DNA of 64,000 bases from the human T2T-CHM13v2.0 reference genome, Homo sapiens. Positions within the stretch are counted from its first letter, which is position 1, and the number at the start of each line of letters is the position of its first letter. Made by a program: the position numbers and the translations under genes. The notes beneath the pieces are model-generated. The model ran no database searches and had not been told where the DNA came from. It saw only the letters and a program-made list of their open reading frames with translations. Where the stretch lies: NCBI RefSeq assembly GCF_009914755.1, contig NC_060933.1; one strand, given 5' to 3'. Shown here piece by piece: positions 44,123 through 55,863 of this stretch.

Positions 44123-44559
44123 CACCCTTGGACAGTCTAGCTCATGTTTTGCCCCTGGTGAACCAGCACCCATCAATGGCCACGTTCCTTTCAGTGACAG
44201 GCACCAAAGGATGGCTCTGAGGCCTGGTGACCATCCTCACAGCAGCGGCGTCTCTGGCTTCCCTCGCAGTCCACCATCTTAGAACTGACCCCAACTCACC
44301 TTGGTCTCTATTTGTGTCAACTTCAGGTCAGTGCATTCTGTTTCAGTGGGAGACACACAAAGCCGGCCTCCCTCAGGTTCATCTCCTGGAGTACCCAGCT
44401 TTTGAGTGTTTGGCAAATGAACCCATCACCCTTTCAGCCCCTCTCCCCTTTCTGGATCTCAAATATACTCCCGTTCAGCCTTGATTGAAGGTTGAGAATG
44501 TCAGAGATGGGAAGACCTTAAAGGCTAGCTGCTCAGGCTCGTTTTCCTCCAAACTTCCC

Positions 44560-44883
<324 letters not shown>

Positions 44884-45169
44884 TAGGGACTGTCAAAAAG
44901 CAGGAAAACAGAACAGCAGGCAACACGCGCATCCCCACTGCGTAGCCTCCCTGTGACCAATGCACAGCCGATCTGTTCCATCTCTAAGCCCCCAGCCCCT
45001 CCACCATCACTGAATCACCAGCCTTGTGCCTCACGGATGAGGGCATGGGGTTCTCAGATGAAGCCACTTCTCTAGGCTCCTGCCACCGCTAGCAGAAGGC
45101 TGGGATGCAGGCCTGGGCAGTGCGTCCGCCCCCCGCCACCTGCCCACATCCTTCACACTTTCTGTCATA

Positions 45170-46130
45170 GCCACTCTTCCTGTGCTATTATTTATTTAAT
45201 GTTTTTCTTTAACAGTCACACTTTTTCACCTAAATAAATTTATTTTAAATGGACACTTTGTATCACCCCTGTAAATGGGAAACTGCCATCATTTGCGATA
45301 AACAGAAGGTTTCTCTGAGGACGACACAGAGAAGACAAAACCAGCGCATTTAGTTCCAAGTAGAAACAGCGCCTGCCTGAGGCTGTCAACTCAAGGCTCC
45401 TCTCTCTTTTGAAAACAGAGACTGGCGGGAATTGGAGCGACCTTTAGTGCCCAATGGGGATGTTCTCAGACTTGCTGCAAATTGGGAGGATTCAAACAGT
45501 TAAAAACCCAGATCACTTTCTCACAATGAGATTTACCAGGACCACAAATCCATCAATCCTCAGATAGATGCTTTTCCCCATTTGAACGTCTCTGGCGTGT
45601 GCCGTCTGCCAGCTGGCAGTCACGACGTGCGTGCCACTATCTGCACATGCTCCAACTTGGTCATAGCTGGTCATACTGTCGTCACTTCGCATGAGCTGTG
45701 CACAACGTTCATACTGCACGGGGTCAGTTTACTTGCCTTTTAAATGTCTCTGGAAAGATGTGCGGCACTGAGACAAACTGTTATTATGTACCCGATATCC
45801 TCAATTCCATCTTTTCTTGCAATGCAAGAAAGAAACAAGTGTCTTACAAGACCAAAGAAAGGATACAGCAAGTCAATGAAGCTGTGTGCTGGTCTGTTAC
45901 TGGGAGTTGGGTAAAGGGATCGCCTATCACAGGCTAAACAATAAGACTTAAGGCAGGAGAAATGACTGCTCCCTTGGAATAGATGAAAGAAACGTCAAAG
46001 CAATGAAAGGCTGGTGTGACGGATTCACGTGTCACACAGGATTATCAAGACCAGGGTTTAATTGGCAGCATGTTTTTCTTTATTAGTGGTTAGTAATGAT
46101 GTATCTTAGGAGCACTGGCATCTTGAATTT
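45170..46130. mobile_element. Possible old hAT-Charlie DNA transposon remnant
   Basis: AT-rich stretch resembling Charlie-family sequence (taaataaatttattttaaa...tgtaaatgggaaac); family not confirmed. Confidence 0.35.
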
Positions 46131-46340
46131 GACAAAGTAGGTGTGGCGTTTAATCTACAGCCACCCCTGGTCTGGAAAAGTCCTGCCTTACCCTGTGTGC
46201 CCCTCCCACTTCCCCGAGTGGGCCATCAAAGCACGACCATTCCTCCTGGGCAGAGGCCTTAGGTGCCAGGGCACGTGACAGTCACCTGAGGGCTGCTAAA
46301 GATCAGGTTGCTGGACCCCACCCCAGAGCATGTGTAATTC

Positions 46341-46620
46341 TTTCTTTTTTTGAGATAGGGTCTTGTTCTGTCTCCTAGGCTGGAGTGCAGAGGTGTAGCC
46401 TCGACCTCCCACGCTCAAGCGATCCTCCCACCTCAGCCTCCCGAGTAGCTGGGACTACAGTCGCACAACACCACGCCTGGCTAATTTTTTCGGTATTTTT
46501 TTGTAGAGATGGGGCTTTGCCATGTTGCCCAGCCTGGTCTTGCACTCCTGGGCTCAAGTAATCCACCTGTCTTGGCCTCCCAAGTGCTGGGATTACAGGT
46601 GTGAGCCACCGCACCCCGCC
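46341..46620 (-). mobile_element. Alu (AluJ-like)
   Basis: Dimeric Alu with a small deletion. Confidence 0.9.
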
Positions 46621-47379
46621 TGGGGATGTGTATTTCTAGTAAGCGTCCACGGTGGCAGTGCTGCAGGTGGGATGCCACGTGGGCAGGCACTGTCCTAGAG
46701 CCCTCAGCACGAAACCCTCTCCATTCTCTGGCTCTTTTCGGCCAGGGGTGGCGGGGGGAAGGCTGGTGGTACCAGAAGCCAGGGAGGACCCACTGGTTCT
46801 TTTGGACATCTCAGAAGGTGTCATCTCTCTTGACGCTTTGTTCACGGCAAAGAGAACATTGTTCTAGCATGGGCCTGGCCAGGCTGGCTCTGGGCGATGC
46901 CACCACCCTCCTCAAGCCCTTCGCCAGGTCAACGATCTTCACAGAAACAGGCCATGTCTTTAAAAGTTGGTGCTGAGGCACTGAACAAAGTCGGGAGATG
47001 GGGCTGGGATCGAGTCATGGTAATATTTAGGACAAAACCTGGGGCCCACAAGCCGACACCCCTGCGAGTCCTGCTCACACGCATCTGGCCGGCTAACCCG
47101 GGCAGGTTCCTTTCCCTCTGGGGTATGCGTGTGACTGGTTTAGTAAAAAGAAACTTCTGCATGTTCTTTTTCTCAAAAGGAATCATTCATTTTTCAAGCC
47201 ATCACAGCGTCTCTGAAATAGAGGATCTGCCAGCACTGCCCTCTCGCCCGCAAGCAGGACGCAGGGCAGTACGTGCTCAAAAAGAACCACCCTGTGAACA
47301 TGGGACGTGCTGGTTTCTGCTTCTTCAAGAGGCCCAGGTCCATTATGTGTTCATGAACTGAATGTGTAGTACTTATAAG

Positions 47380-47431
47380 GTGCTGTAACAAACAGGAGAC
47401 AAAGCCTTATCCAGGATACAAAAGGTTTATT
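47380..47431 (-). terminator. MED27: MED27 polyadenylation signal with GU/U-rich downstream element
   Basis: tttatt at 47426-47431 (AATAAA on minus), followed on the minus strand by ggctttgtctcctgtttgttac. Confidence 0.85.
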
Positions 47432-47837
47432 GCTTATAAAAATAAGTTACCAAAACCCAAGCCCCACAAAACACAAGAACCCCGCATGACGATACCCATG
47501 AACACAAGGGCTCATTCCAGTAACAGCTCGCGGAGACGACAGACACCAGCACTGCCGACACACATGGACGAGGAGCATGCTGCACAGCTTCCTTCTACCA
47601 GGTTCTAGAAAGGTCTTCTTTGCCTTCAGTCCGCTGGCTAGTGGGAATAATTAGTCCCATCAGCCACAGAGGGAGTCTGCTCTTCAAGAGTGGCCTCTGC
47701 ACACATGGCGCTGCTTTATGAAAGGGAGGAGCAGCTGTACACATCTGGGCAGTGAGGAACCAGCTGAGCCTTCTGTGGGCTTCCTGCGTGTCTGGGAAGG
47801 TGCTGGGTGGGGTCTGAGGCTGGGGCCAGCGTGGGGG
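47405..47837 (-). other. MED27: MED27 3'UTR (cleavage site approximate)
   Basis: Runs from the TAG stop to ~20 nt past AATAAA; repeat-free. Confidence 0.85.
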
Positions 47838-47972
47838 CTACTGCCGGCAGGTGTCATGGAAGGCTTCGAGGGTTCGGAAATCCCTCCATGTCGGGGGAAG
47901 GCCGTCCTGCAGAAACTTCCCGCAGCGCTGGCACGGGGCCTGGAACAGCTTTATGTAACTTCTTAACCAGGT
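47838..47972 (-). CDS. MED27: MED27 terminal coding exon (C-terminal 44 aa + TAG; CxxC...HxxC motif)
   Basis: Minus strand reads polypyrimidine tract ...tttctctttttag|ACC TGG TTA AGA..., giving TWLRSYIKLFQAPCQRCGKFLQDGLPPTWRDFRTLEAFHDTCRQ*. I recognise this as the MED27 C-terminus. 135 nt, phase-0 acceptor. Confidence 0.97.
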   Translation of the reverse strand, partial: TWLRSYIKLFQAPCQRCGKFLQDGLPPTWRDFRTLEAFHDTCRQ

Positions 47973-49067
47973 CTAAAAAGAGAAACGAGGAGAGAAGTGA
48001 AAGAATGGGATACGGGTGCTCCCAAAGTCCTCCTTCCTATCAAGCCTAATGGCCCAGACAACTTAAGTTGGCTTTGGCCCCAGAAGATGCCCTGTGATTT
48101 CACAGGGAGCAGCAGGCGGAACCCACAAGGTCACCTGACTGCTGATGTTCACGTCTGATGCTCGCGTGCCCCTCCTAACCGAAGGAGTTTTGAAAACAGA
48201 AACCCCTACTCTCAAAAGCAGGAAGGCCTCCCTGGAGTCCCCGTGAACCACCGAGCAGCCTGGTGGTCTGGGGGCCAGCACCCCACTTTCACTTTCTGGG
48301 TCCCATGTCTTCTGAATGTCAGTATCCATCCTCTTCTCCTTGCCCACTACTAAGAGGTGGCTGTGCATGTGTGCTGAGGAAGCCTTGGAACCGAGGACAA
48401 TTCCAGAGTTCTCCGCGGAGGTCAACATGCCTTCTAGCTAATCTGATTTCAGAGGTTGTCACTCATTGTCACAGTGTGGCCTGACATACTGGGGGGAGGG
48501 GTGGGGACAGCCCTGGTGCCACCAAATAACATCATAAGCAGCAAATCCACACTTGAATGGTTCAGAGTGCAGAGCTTTCTTGGGCGTCATACATAAGGAT
48601 GAGCCTCCCGTAACTCAATTCTCAAACACAAGGAGATTCACTACCAAAGAAAAAAATACCCAAACGTAAAACAGCAGGCAAGCAAGTTCTCGCGGTGAAA
48701 GGGCACGTGAATCTTGTCATTTAATGTCCTCCTGAATTAAGAGAAAACTGTTATTTGAAGAGGTTGGCCGAGCTTATTGATACACATTCTTCCATCTTCA
48801 CCACAGCTGCCTTCATGGTGACAGGGCATGGCCCATCAGTACTGTCCCCCTTTCCAAAGGCCAGGTGTTTGGGGGTTTTGGCAATAAACACGAGGTCAAG
48901 AGGTCCTTCAGTTAAACTACTTATTTTTCCCTAAGTAGAAGAAGTTCTGTCTCTGCCACAAATAGTACTCATGTCTGTGCCTCAAATCAATCAATCAACA
49001 GATTCGTATTAATTAGCTGGTGTGGGCTGAGCACAGTGCTGAGTGCTGTGACAGATGTAAATGGTTC

Positions 49068-49210
49068 TTTTTTTTTATGAGACCACATCTCGCTCTGACA
49101 CCCAGGCTGGAGCGCAGTGGTGCAATCGATCATAGCTCACTGTAACCTTGAACTCCTGGGCTCAAGCGATCCTCCCGCTTCAGCCTCCTGAGTGGAGTCA
49201 CTGGGATTCA
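49068..49210 (-). mobile_element. Alu right-arm fragment in MED27 last intron
   Basis: T-tract then gagacc...cccaggctggagcgcagtgg...cagcctcctgagt. Confidence 0.88.
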
Positions 49211-49727
49211 AATCTTCCCTAAATCCCACAGTCAGTTACCAAAGGGAAAGGGGGCATTACAACGTGTTAGGCTCAAAAGCAAGTCTTTATATCTATCTGA
49301 AATTGGAGCTCTTGCTGAAGATGGTCAGGGGAACTGTTCCCTGGACACACAGAAGGACCACTCTGTGGGAGCTCTGAGCACCTGGCTGTGTTGTGCCCAC
49401 TCTGCCAGCATCATGAAGCCAATCAACGCACCAGGGATGTGTCTTCTGAGGAATGAACTCCAGGCTCTCTGAGCAGTGGCACTGTTGATGCCATGTGATA
49501 AGATGCACACTGATTTGGCCTTGCTAACAGGTCTTTGGAGTCGGTTCTCTAACCGGCAGACTTTCTAGCATGAAGAAAACAGGGAGTCCCAGCAGCGGTG
49601 GATGATGGGGTCTGCTGGCGTGAGAGCATGCGGCCGTGTGAGCATGCTGGCATGAGAGCATGACGGTGGAACAGCTGGCGGCTACGTCTGTCAAGGACGC
49701 GGGGACATGGTGTTAGCCCTGCTTAGG

Positions 49728-49920
49728 CCAACTGGTGGCGGCGTGATAAATGCTGATAAACTGGCCCTGGGGTTCGGGGGAAGTCCTGACTTGCAGTGTT
49801 TGCCGATTTCCGTGGTGTCAACACTCCCACCAAGTTTGATTTCAAACTAGTAGTGGTTGAAGAACCAGCTCGCAAGATACTGAACAGGCACTGGCAGGAG
49901 CCGGCTGCAGCACCCCATTG
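49728..49920. mobile_element. MER63-like hAT-Blackjack DNA transposon
   Basis: gtttgccgatttccgtggtgtcaacactcccacca...gagccggctgcagcacccca. Confidence 0.7.
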
Positions 49921-50350
49921 GAATGGCTGCTTTGGGGCTGCTATCATCTCGAGCTCCAACTCCGAAAATCGAAGGAGGAAACGTCTTGGGAAACTGCACG
50001 ATCTGTTAATTCACTGCTACATGCTCTGTGCCAACCACAGGGCCTGGCCCAGATTAGGAGCTCAATGAAATATCTGTGGACTAAGTCAATGCTGGAACTA
50101 TTTTGGAAGATCATTTCTGAAACCACCGCTTTTTCAGCAAGTAGAGAAAGCACCAGTGAATGAAGCTGGAAGTGGTTTCTCCCAGATCCCTTCGCAGTTT
50201 AAAGAAAGTAGCAGTTTTAAACTGGCAGCCCCATCTCCCACTGGGAGGCCCTCAAAGTCTGAAGATGCAACGGCTGCCCTTCAAGCTCCCTGTTCTCACT
50301 TGAAGGGAGCTGAGGTTTAAACAGGAGACCTGACTCTTGAAGCCACTTAC

Positions 50351-50428
50351 CATGAAGGATCGGACCACGACATCCGGCATCTGGGGCAGCTGATAGTGGA
50401 GCAGGGCAGTGGTGGCATGGTCTGTCAC
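50351..50428 (-). CDS. MED27: MED27 penultimate coding exon (26 aa)
   Basis: Minus strand has a gCTAAC branch point, a pyrimidine tract, then cag|GTGACAGAC...TTCATG|gtaagt. It translates to VTDHATTALLHYQLPQMPDVVVRSFM and joins in frame to the terminal exon. Confidence 0.97.
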
Positions 50429-50910
50429 CTGAGAGTGAAGGACAAAGACGAGTTAGCGGCCACTCCAAGCTGGCATAGAGAAAACAAGCAGGACAAATGC
50501 ACGCCTTCTGTGTGAAAACAGATCTGAGTATCTCGTGGAGGAAAGGGCATCTAAAATAAAATCTCTGTAGAAAAATTAGTTAGCAGAGTTGGGGACCCAG
50601 AGGGGGAGAAGAGGCATGCTGTCGGCAGAAAGGATGCAGGCCTGGAGGCAGGGGGCGTGTGGAAGATTCCAGCAATGGAAAGCCTGGCCAGGCTGGAGCA
50701 CTGGCAGAGGGAGCGGCCAGAGGCCAGTGGGGGCAGATCCCAGAGGGGATCCCAAGCCTCCCTGCTCAGCAAGGCGCGGCACACACAGCACATACGACAA
50801 GGAGCACTTCCGCCCGGTACGCACACTTCCTCTTCCTCCTGCGATGGTTTTCCCAACAGGGCAATTGGTCTCTTTCCATTTCCTTGAATTCTCATTCTGT
50901 CACCATTTGT

Positions 50911-50992
50911 AGCCACACAGGATTTATGATGGGGAGCCTGGCAGTTTCTGAGCCACACAGGATTTATGATGGGGAGCCTGGCAGTTTCTGAG
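50911..50992. repeat. 40-bp exact tandem duplication
   Basis: agccacacaggatttatgatggggagcctggcagtttctg x2. Confidence 0.95.
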
Positions 50993-51486
50993 GCTGTTCT
51001 GTTGGGCCTCACCGTTGCTAGGATGGCCCTTCGCAGGAGCCCGGTGCGCCTGGTGTGGTCCCCTCACCAGCTCTCTGAAGGCTGTGGCCTATGGTCAGCA
51101 CCTTAGGGGTCTGTGCCTATTGTCTCCTGACTCCTCAGGAGAAGTTTATCAGCAAGGCCAAGGGCAAGGCTGCTTGAAGTCCAGTGAAGGCATCAGGTGA
51201 CCAGATGGACAGAGCACAGGGTTTAAGCTCCAGCACCACCCCCTGACCTGGATCCAGCTCCTTATCCTCTCTGCGTCTCCATGCCCCTTCCAAGCAGCAA
51301 AGGGGCTGGCCTCAGAACCCTGGTGGTTCTGAAACTGGATGACACTGTGAATTGTTAATGCCCGCCGTCAATCAGCATATGAGTAGATTATACCTAATTT
51401 GATAGTTATGTTCAAAGTAATGGTTTACATGATTGTCCTCATTAGGGATTCTTGACATCGCACATGTCATCATTAAAAACAAAACA

Positions 51487-51790
<304 letters not shown>

Positions 51791-54700
51791 ACCTAAAATA
51801 AAAAACCCAAAAAACTCCAGAGAAAATCCTTAGCTTTGAGAAGAATGAACATAGGTCTAACTTGTGTAGACGTGTTCATTTTCTAACCCCCAATGAACAC
51901 TGTGTATGTGGCTGAACCCATGCAGGCGCAGAGCAAGCTGGGCAGGTGGAGACCAGGGTCCGCGCCCCGCACGGTGATGTGTGTCCACACCTGCAGCTGG
52001 AGAGGCTGCCCCACAAAACGTGAGGACGCCGGCTCTGCAGCCAGGCAAGCCGGGGCCCGGCCCCTGGCCTCTTATGGGGGCCTCTCTAAGCCTCAGTTTC
52101 CCCTTCCATAAAATGGAGACTGTACTGCATACTGAGTAAGGCTCGTGAGAGGACAGAGTGAGGCCAGGCGTGGGAAGCACTCACTCTCTGGCAATGCCAC
52201 CAGCCCCGCCTGCCCAGTCTCCTCTTCTGCTCTGCCTGGGCCCTGGACTTGCCCTATTTCCCACTGGACTTTCACGGCCTGCCCCATACTGCATCCCCAA
52301 GGCCTTAGGATATTACCCTGCATACAGCAGGTGCCCAATACATATTTGCTGAATAAAGAAGTAAACTTAAAAACGCCCACCCACCAAAGGCCATGTACCA
52401 TAAACACCTGCGCTTTCTTGCAAATACATCAACGGTTCTTGTAGCCAACACTGTTGAGAAATTCTTACCCAAGTGGCTTTCAAGATAAATGGTACTTATT
52501 CCTTCGAATGCCAAGACTGCTTTTATTTTAAGCATTTTTGACAGACAGCTTTCTAAAATGAGCAATGTTTTTTTTTCTTTTAAACAGTAGTAATGATAAC
52601 TTTGCAAAATGACTGGTGGTAATTGGCGGGGGGACATTAATGGCTACGAAACACAGCAAAGCAAACTGGGCTCGAACGGTCCCCGAACTTGAACGCTTGG
52701 TTCTTGCCCATCTAGCTCCCTTGCTAAGAAAACCTGTGAAAGTGTCATTTTACAGGCTGACAAGATGTTTTTTGCAATTATACTTGCCATTACAGAAGAA
52801 CCAAAGTTTCTGGAGAATTCTTTCCCCTCACCCCCTTTATTTTTAAAATGTCTCCAGTGTAGCCCCTGTTGGAATAGCCGAGGCAGCTGGGCTGGCTTTG
52901 TTTGCTCCGGCCCTGCTGTTCCGTAGCTCCGTGTGTGACACCTTCCCTGCGATAGGAACGTCAGTCCCTGGGATCCCCTGGGTGAGACCACCTCCATCCA
53001 TTTCAGCCTTTCAGCAGCCATGTGCAGGCAGAGAGGCTTTGTCTGGCTGCACTTTTATTTCTTTTGTTTTCACATTTTTAAACACAAATGACCAACACTT
53101 AAAATTTAGGAAACTTCACTTAACTGTGGTGCCCAGCTCCTCTTGAAGCATCGGAGGATCTGGGGACCATCTCATAGGCTACTGTGAAGATCAAAGGGGG
53201 CCCAGCTTCTCCTCATCTCTGTGAGTGTGACCCTGGCACTGCCACGTGGCCACCAGCTGCAGCAGCTGAGGAGCGGTGACACGTGCAGTTTGCCTGAGCA
53301 CCCTAGGGTCTTGGATCCAGCCTACTCCACTCATCAGGGGCCCTGTGGCCTTTGGAGTTTAGAGCCTCTAACCAAACCAACAAGACCCTGCACTCCCAGG
53401 TTCCCCAAACCCTCCCCAGCCTGCTGTTCCCTGGGTACCTGGCCTGGCTTCCTGATCTTTATTTGAGCTCATCTTCCCTGGCCTGACAGATCTGTGCCCA
53501 TCTCCTCCTCCCTTCCTCAGCTGACCTCTGGACTTGACCTCCTCTGGCTGAACTTGAGTTCTCCAAGCATTCCAAGACAACTCAGTACTGATAACTGCAA
53601 GGTGCTCTCTCCAGGCAAGGCGTCGTGCAAATTACAGGAACATCTCAAGTGGTCTTCCAGACCTGCACCTCCTCCAGCATTTTTGCTAAATGGCCTTTGA
53701 CCCAGAGGCCTGAGCCAGAAACCTGGGCCCTGCCCTGTCGCCTCTCTTCCCCCTGCCTCATACCCAAGCAGCCTCGTGGTTCCAAGTTATCTATCTCAAA
53801 TCCTTCTACTTCTTCCCATCTTGCCTGTCTCAACACGGCTCAGAGGGAACATTCTGCAGCAAAGAGGGAAAGAGCGTGGGCTCCATCCCTTCTAGCAGTG
53901 ACGCCTTGGGCGAGGCACTTCATCTTTATTAGCTACAGTTTTCCCATCTGGAAAATGGGGATAATGACAGAGTGCCTACCACAGGGGATGACAGTGAGGG
54001 TGAAGTAGTGGGCAGAAGCGTGTGCTGGTCAGAAAACATGAGTGATTGCCATCGTTCAACTAGAAACCCAAGTATGTCACTCCCCTAAAACGCTCTCATG
54101 GCTTTCCCTGCACTCAGGATGAAATGCGAACTGTGAACTCCATGTGAAACCCTGCAGCACCCGGTGTCTGCCTCCTTTCCTCGGGTCCCTCAGCTCCTCA
54201 AATGCCCATCTCTGTCCTCCCTGAGTCCTCCCCTCAGCACGGGCCTCTGTCCTTTCCCCCTCTCCTTCGCGTGTTGAGGGAAGCCCCCCAGGCTCCCCCG
54301 ATGGGGCTTGTCTCCTTGCCTGGCTCTCTTCTCCCATCTCAATCCTCATATCTGAACTTGGTATTTTTTGCCATGTTTGTTTCGTGTCAATTTCCCTACC
54401 TTGAGCCCATGTCAGTCTAGTGCCTGATGCAGAGGTCCTCAGGTCATGTGTGCAGACGGTGAGAAGGACCGCCATTCTGACTCTCTGCGGGGAGAGTGGC
54501 TCAGATGAGGTGGGTGGAGCCAGGGGCCTGAAAGGAGTGGGGACTGCGGGACAGGAGCTGAGGACCTGGGCTCTGGTCTACCTCTAAGGTGCTGGGGCAT
54601 CTTGGACTTGCCCTCTGTGGTAGAAGTTACCAGCGGTCACTCATCCTTGAGTGACACAGCCCCGTCAAAACTCAGGATGGATATGTAATGTGAGGAAGAA

Positions 54701-54894
54701 ATGAGCTTGAGTTGTGCAGAACTACAGGAGGTTTGTCACTCAGCATCCTCCTCCTCTCTGCAGACCAATCTGCCTCCTTGGATATTCACTGCACATCTAG
54801 GAAATGGGCCACCATGTTGGCCAGGTCTCCCAATCCCATTACAGTGGTGGCACAGCAAGTTCGAGCTGCGGCCAAGGAATTTTCCCCTTAAGAA

Positions 54895-55200
54895 TGGTGC
54901 TGCTTGAAATGTTTGGGGACCAGCGGTGCTGGCACCATCTAGGAGTTGGTTAGAAATCTGCCCTCTTGGGCCCCTCTCTAGCCACAGCATTGGAATCTCC
55001 TGGGTGGGGCCCAGACACTAAGTCAGCCCCTCCAGGCTATTCCTAGGGATGCTAAAATGCATGAGAATGCGAGGCTGGTGAACACACAATCACTGGGGGT
55101 CTTTTGTCAGATTCTCATCTAGGAGCTCGGGGAGGGGTGGAGCGTTGGCACTGCCAGCTGACTCCCAGGGGTGCCCACACTGCTGGTTAGGGACTGGGCT
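54895..55200. mobile_element. MER5-type hAT-Charlie fragments
   Basis: ggcaccatctaggagttggttagaaat...ggaatctcctgggtggggcccag; cagattctcat...ctcccaggggtgcc. Confidence 0.5.
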
Positions 55201-55561
55201 TTGAGTGGCAAGGCTGGGGCATATCCCAGGCACTACAGGAGAATGGCCCCCAGAGGGCTGGGCATTTGATTCTGGGCCATGAAACAAAGAAATACAAATC
55301 AGAAGGACAGTCTGTCTTCTCATGAATCAAAATGAATGGTACCAGTTTCACAGTGGGCACTGTGGGGTGCCAGGGTGGAGGGTTTTCACAACGGGTGCTT
55401 GTGGAGTGGGGGTTTTTCCTTATTTCTGAAAAGTGCTTTTTTTAAAAGATCCATCGGATATTTTATTAACTTATAGTAGCTATTATTAATAAGAGCTTAT
55501 TATGTGCCAAGTCCTATGTGCCCCTCTCATTTAATTCCCACACTAACTTGGAGATAGGTGC

Positions 55562-55863
55562 TTTTCTTTTTCTTCTTTTCTTTTGAGACAGGGTATTGCT
55601 CTGTCGCCTAGGCTGGAGGGCAGTGGCCCAATCTTAGCTCAGTGCAGCCTTGACCTCCTGGACTCAAGCAATCCTCCCACCTCAGCCTCCTGAGTTGCTG
55701 GGACTATAGGCTCACGCCACCCCGCCCAGCTAATTTTTTATTTTTGTAGAATCAGGGTCTCACTGTATTGCCCAGGCTGGTTTCCAACTCCTGGCTCAAG
55801 TGATTCTTCTGCCTCAGCCTGACAAAGTGCTGGGATTACAGGCGTGCGCCACTGCGCCCGGCC
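55562..55863 (-). mobile_element. Alu (AluJ-like)
   Basis: Dimeric Alu. Confidence 0.92.

Larger units (their letters stand above)
47973..50350 (-). other. MED27: MED27 last intron (GT-AG, 2378 bp)
   Basis: gtaagt donor at 50350 and tttttag acceptor at 47973. Confidence 0.93.

Noticed and set aside
45190-46084. Additional minus-strand AATAAA hexamers as distal MED27 poly(A) sites
   Set aside because: They lie in AT-rich, probably transposon-derived sequence, and use cannot be supported without 3'-end sequencing data.
46852-46865. Palindrome AGAACAtTGTTCT as a steroid hormone response element
   Set aside because: The spacer is 1 nt, not the required 3 nt.
49610-49665. Cluster of gagcatg motifs as a p53 element
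   Set aside because: The half-sites are imperfect and irregularly spaced; it looks like a short degenerate repeat.
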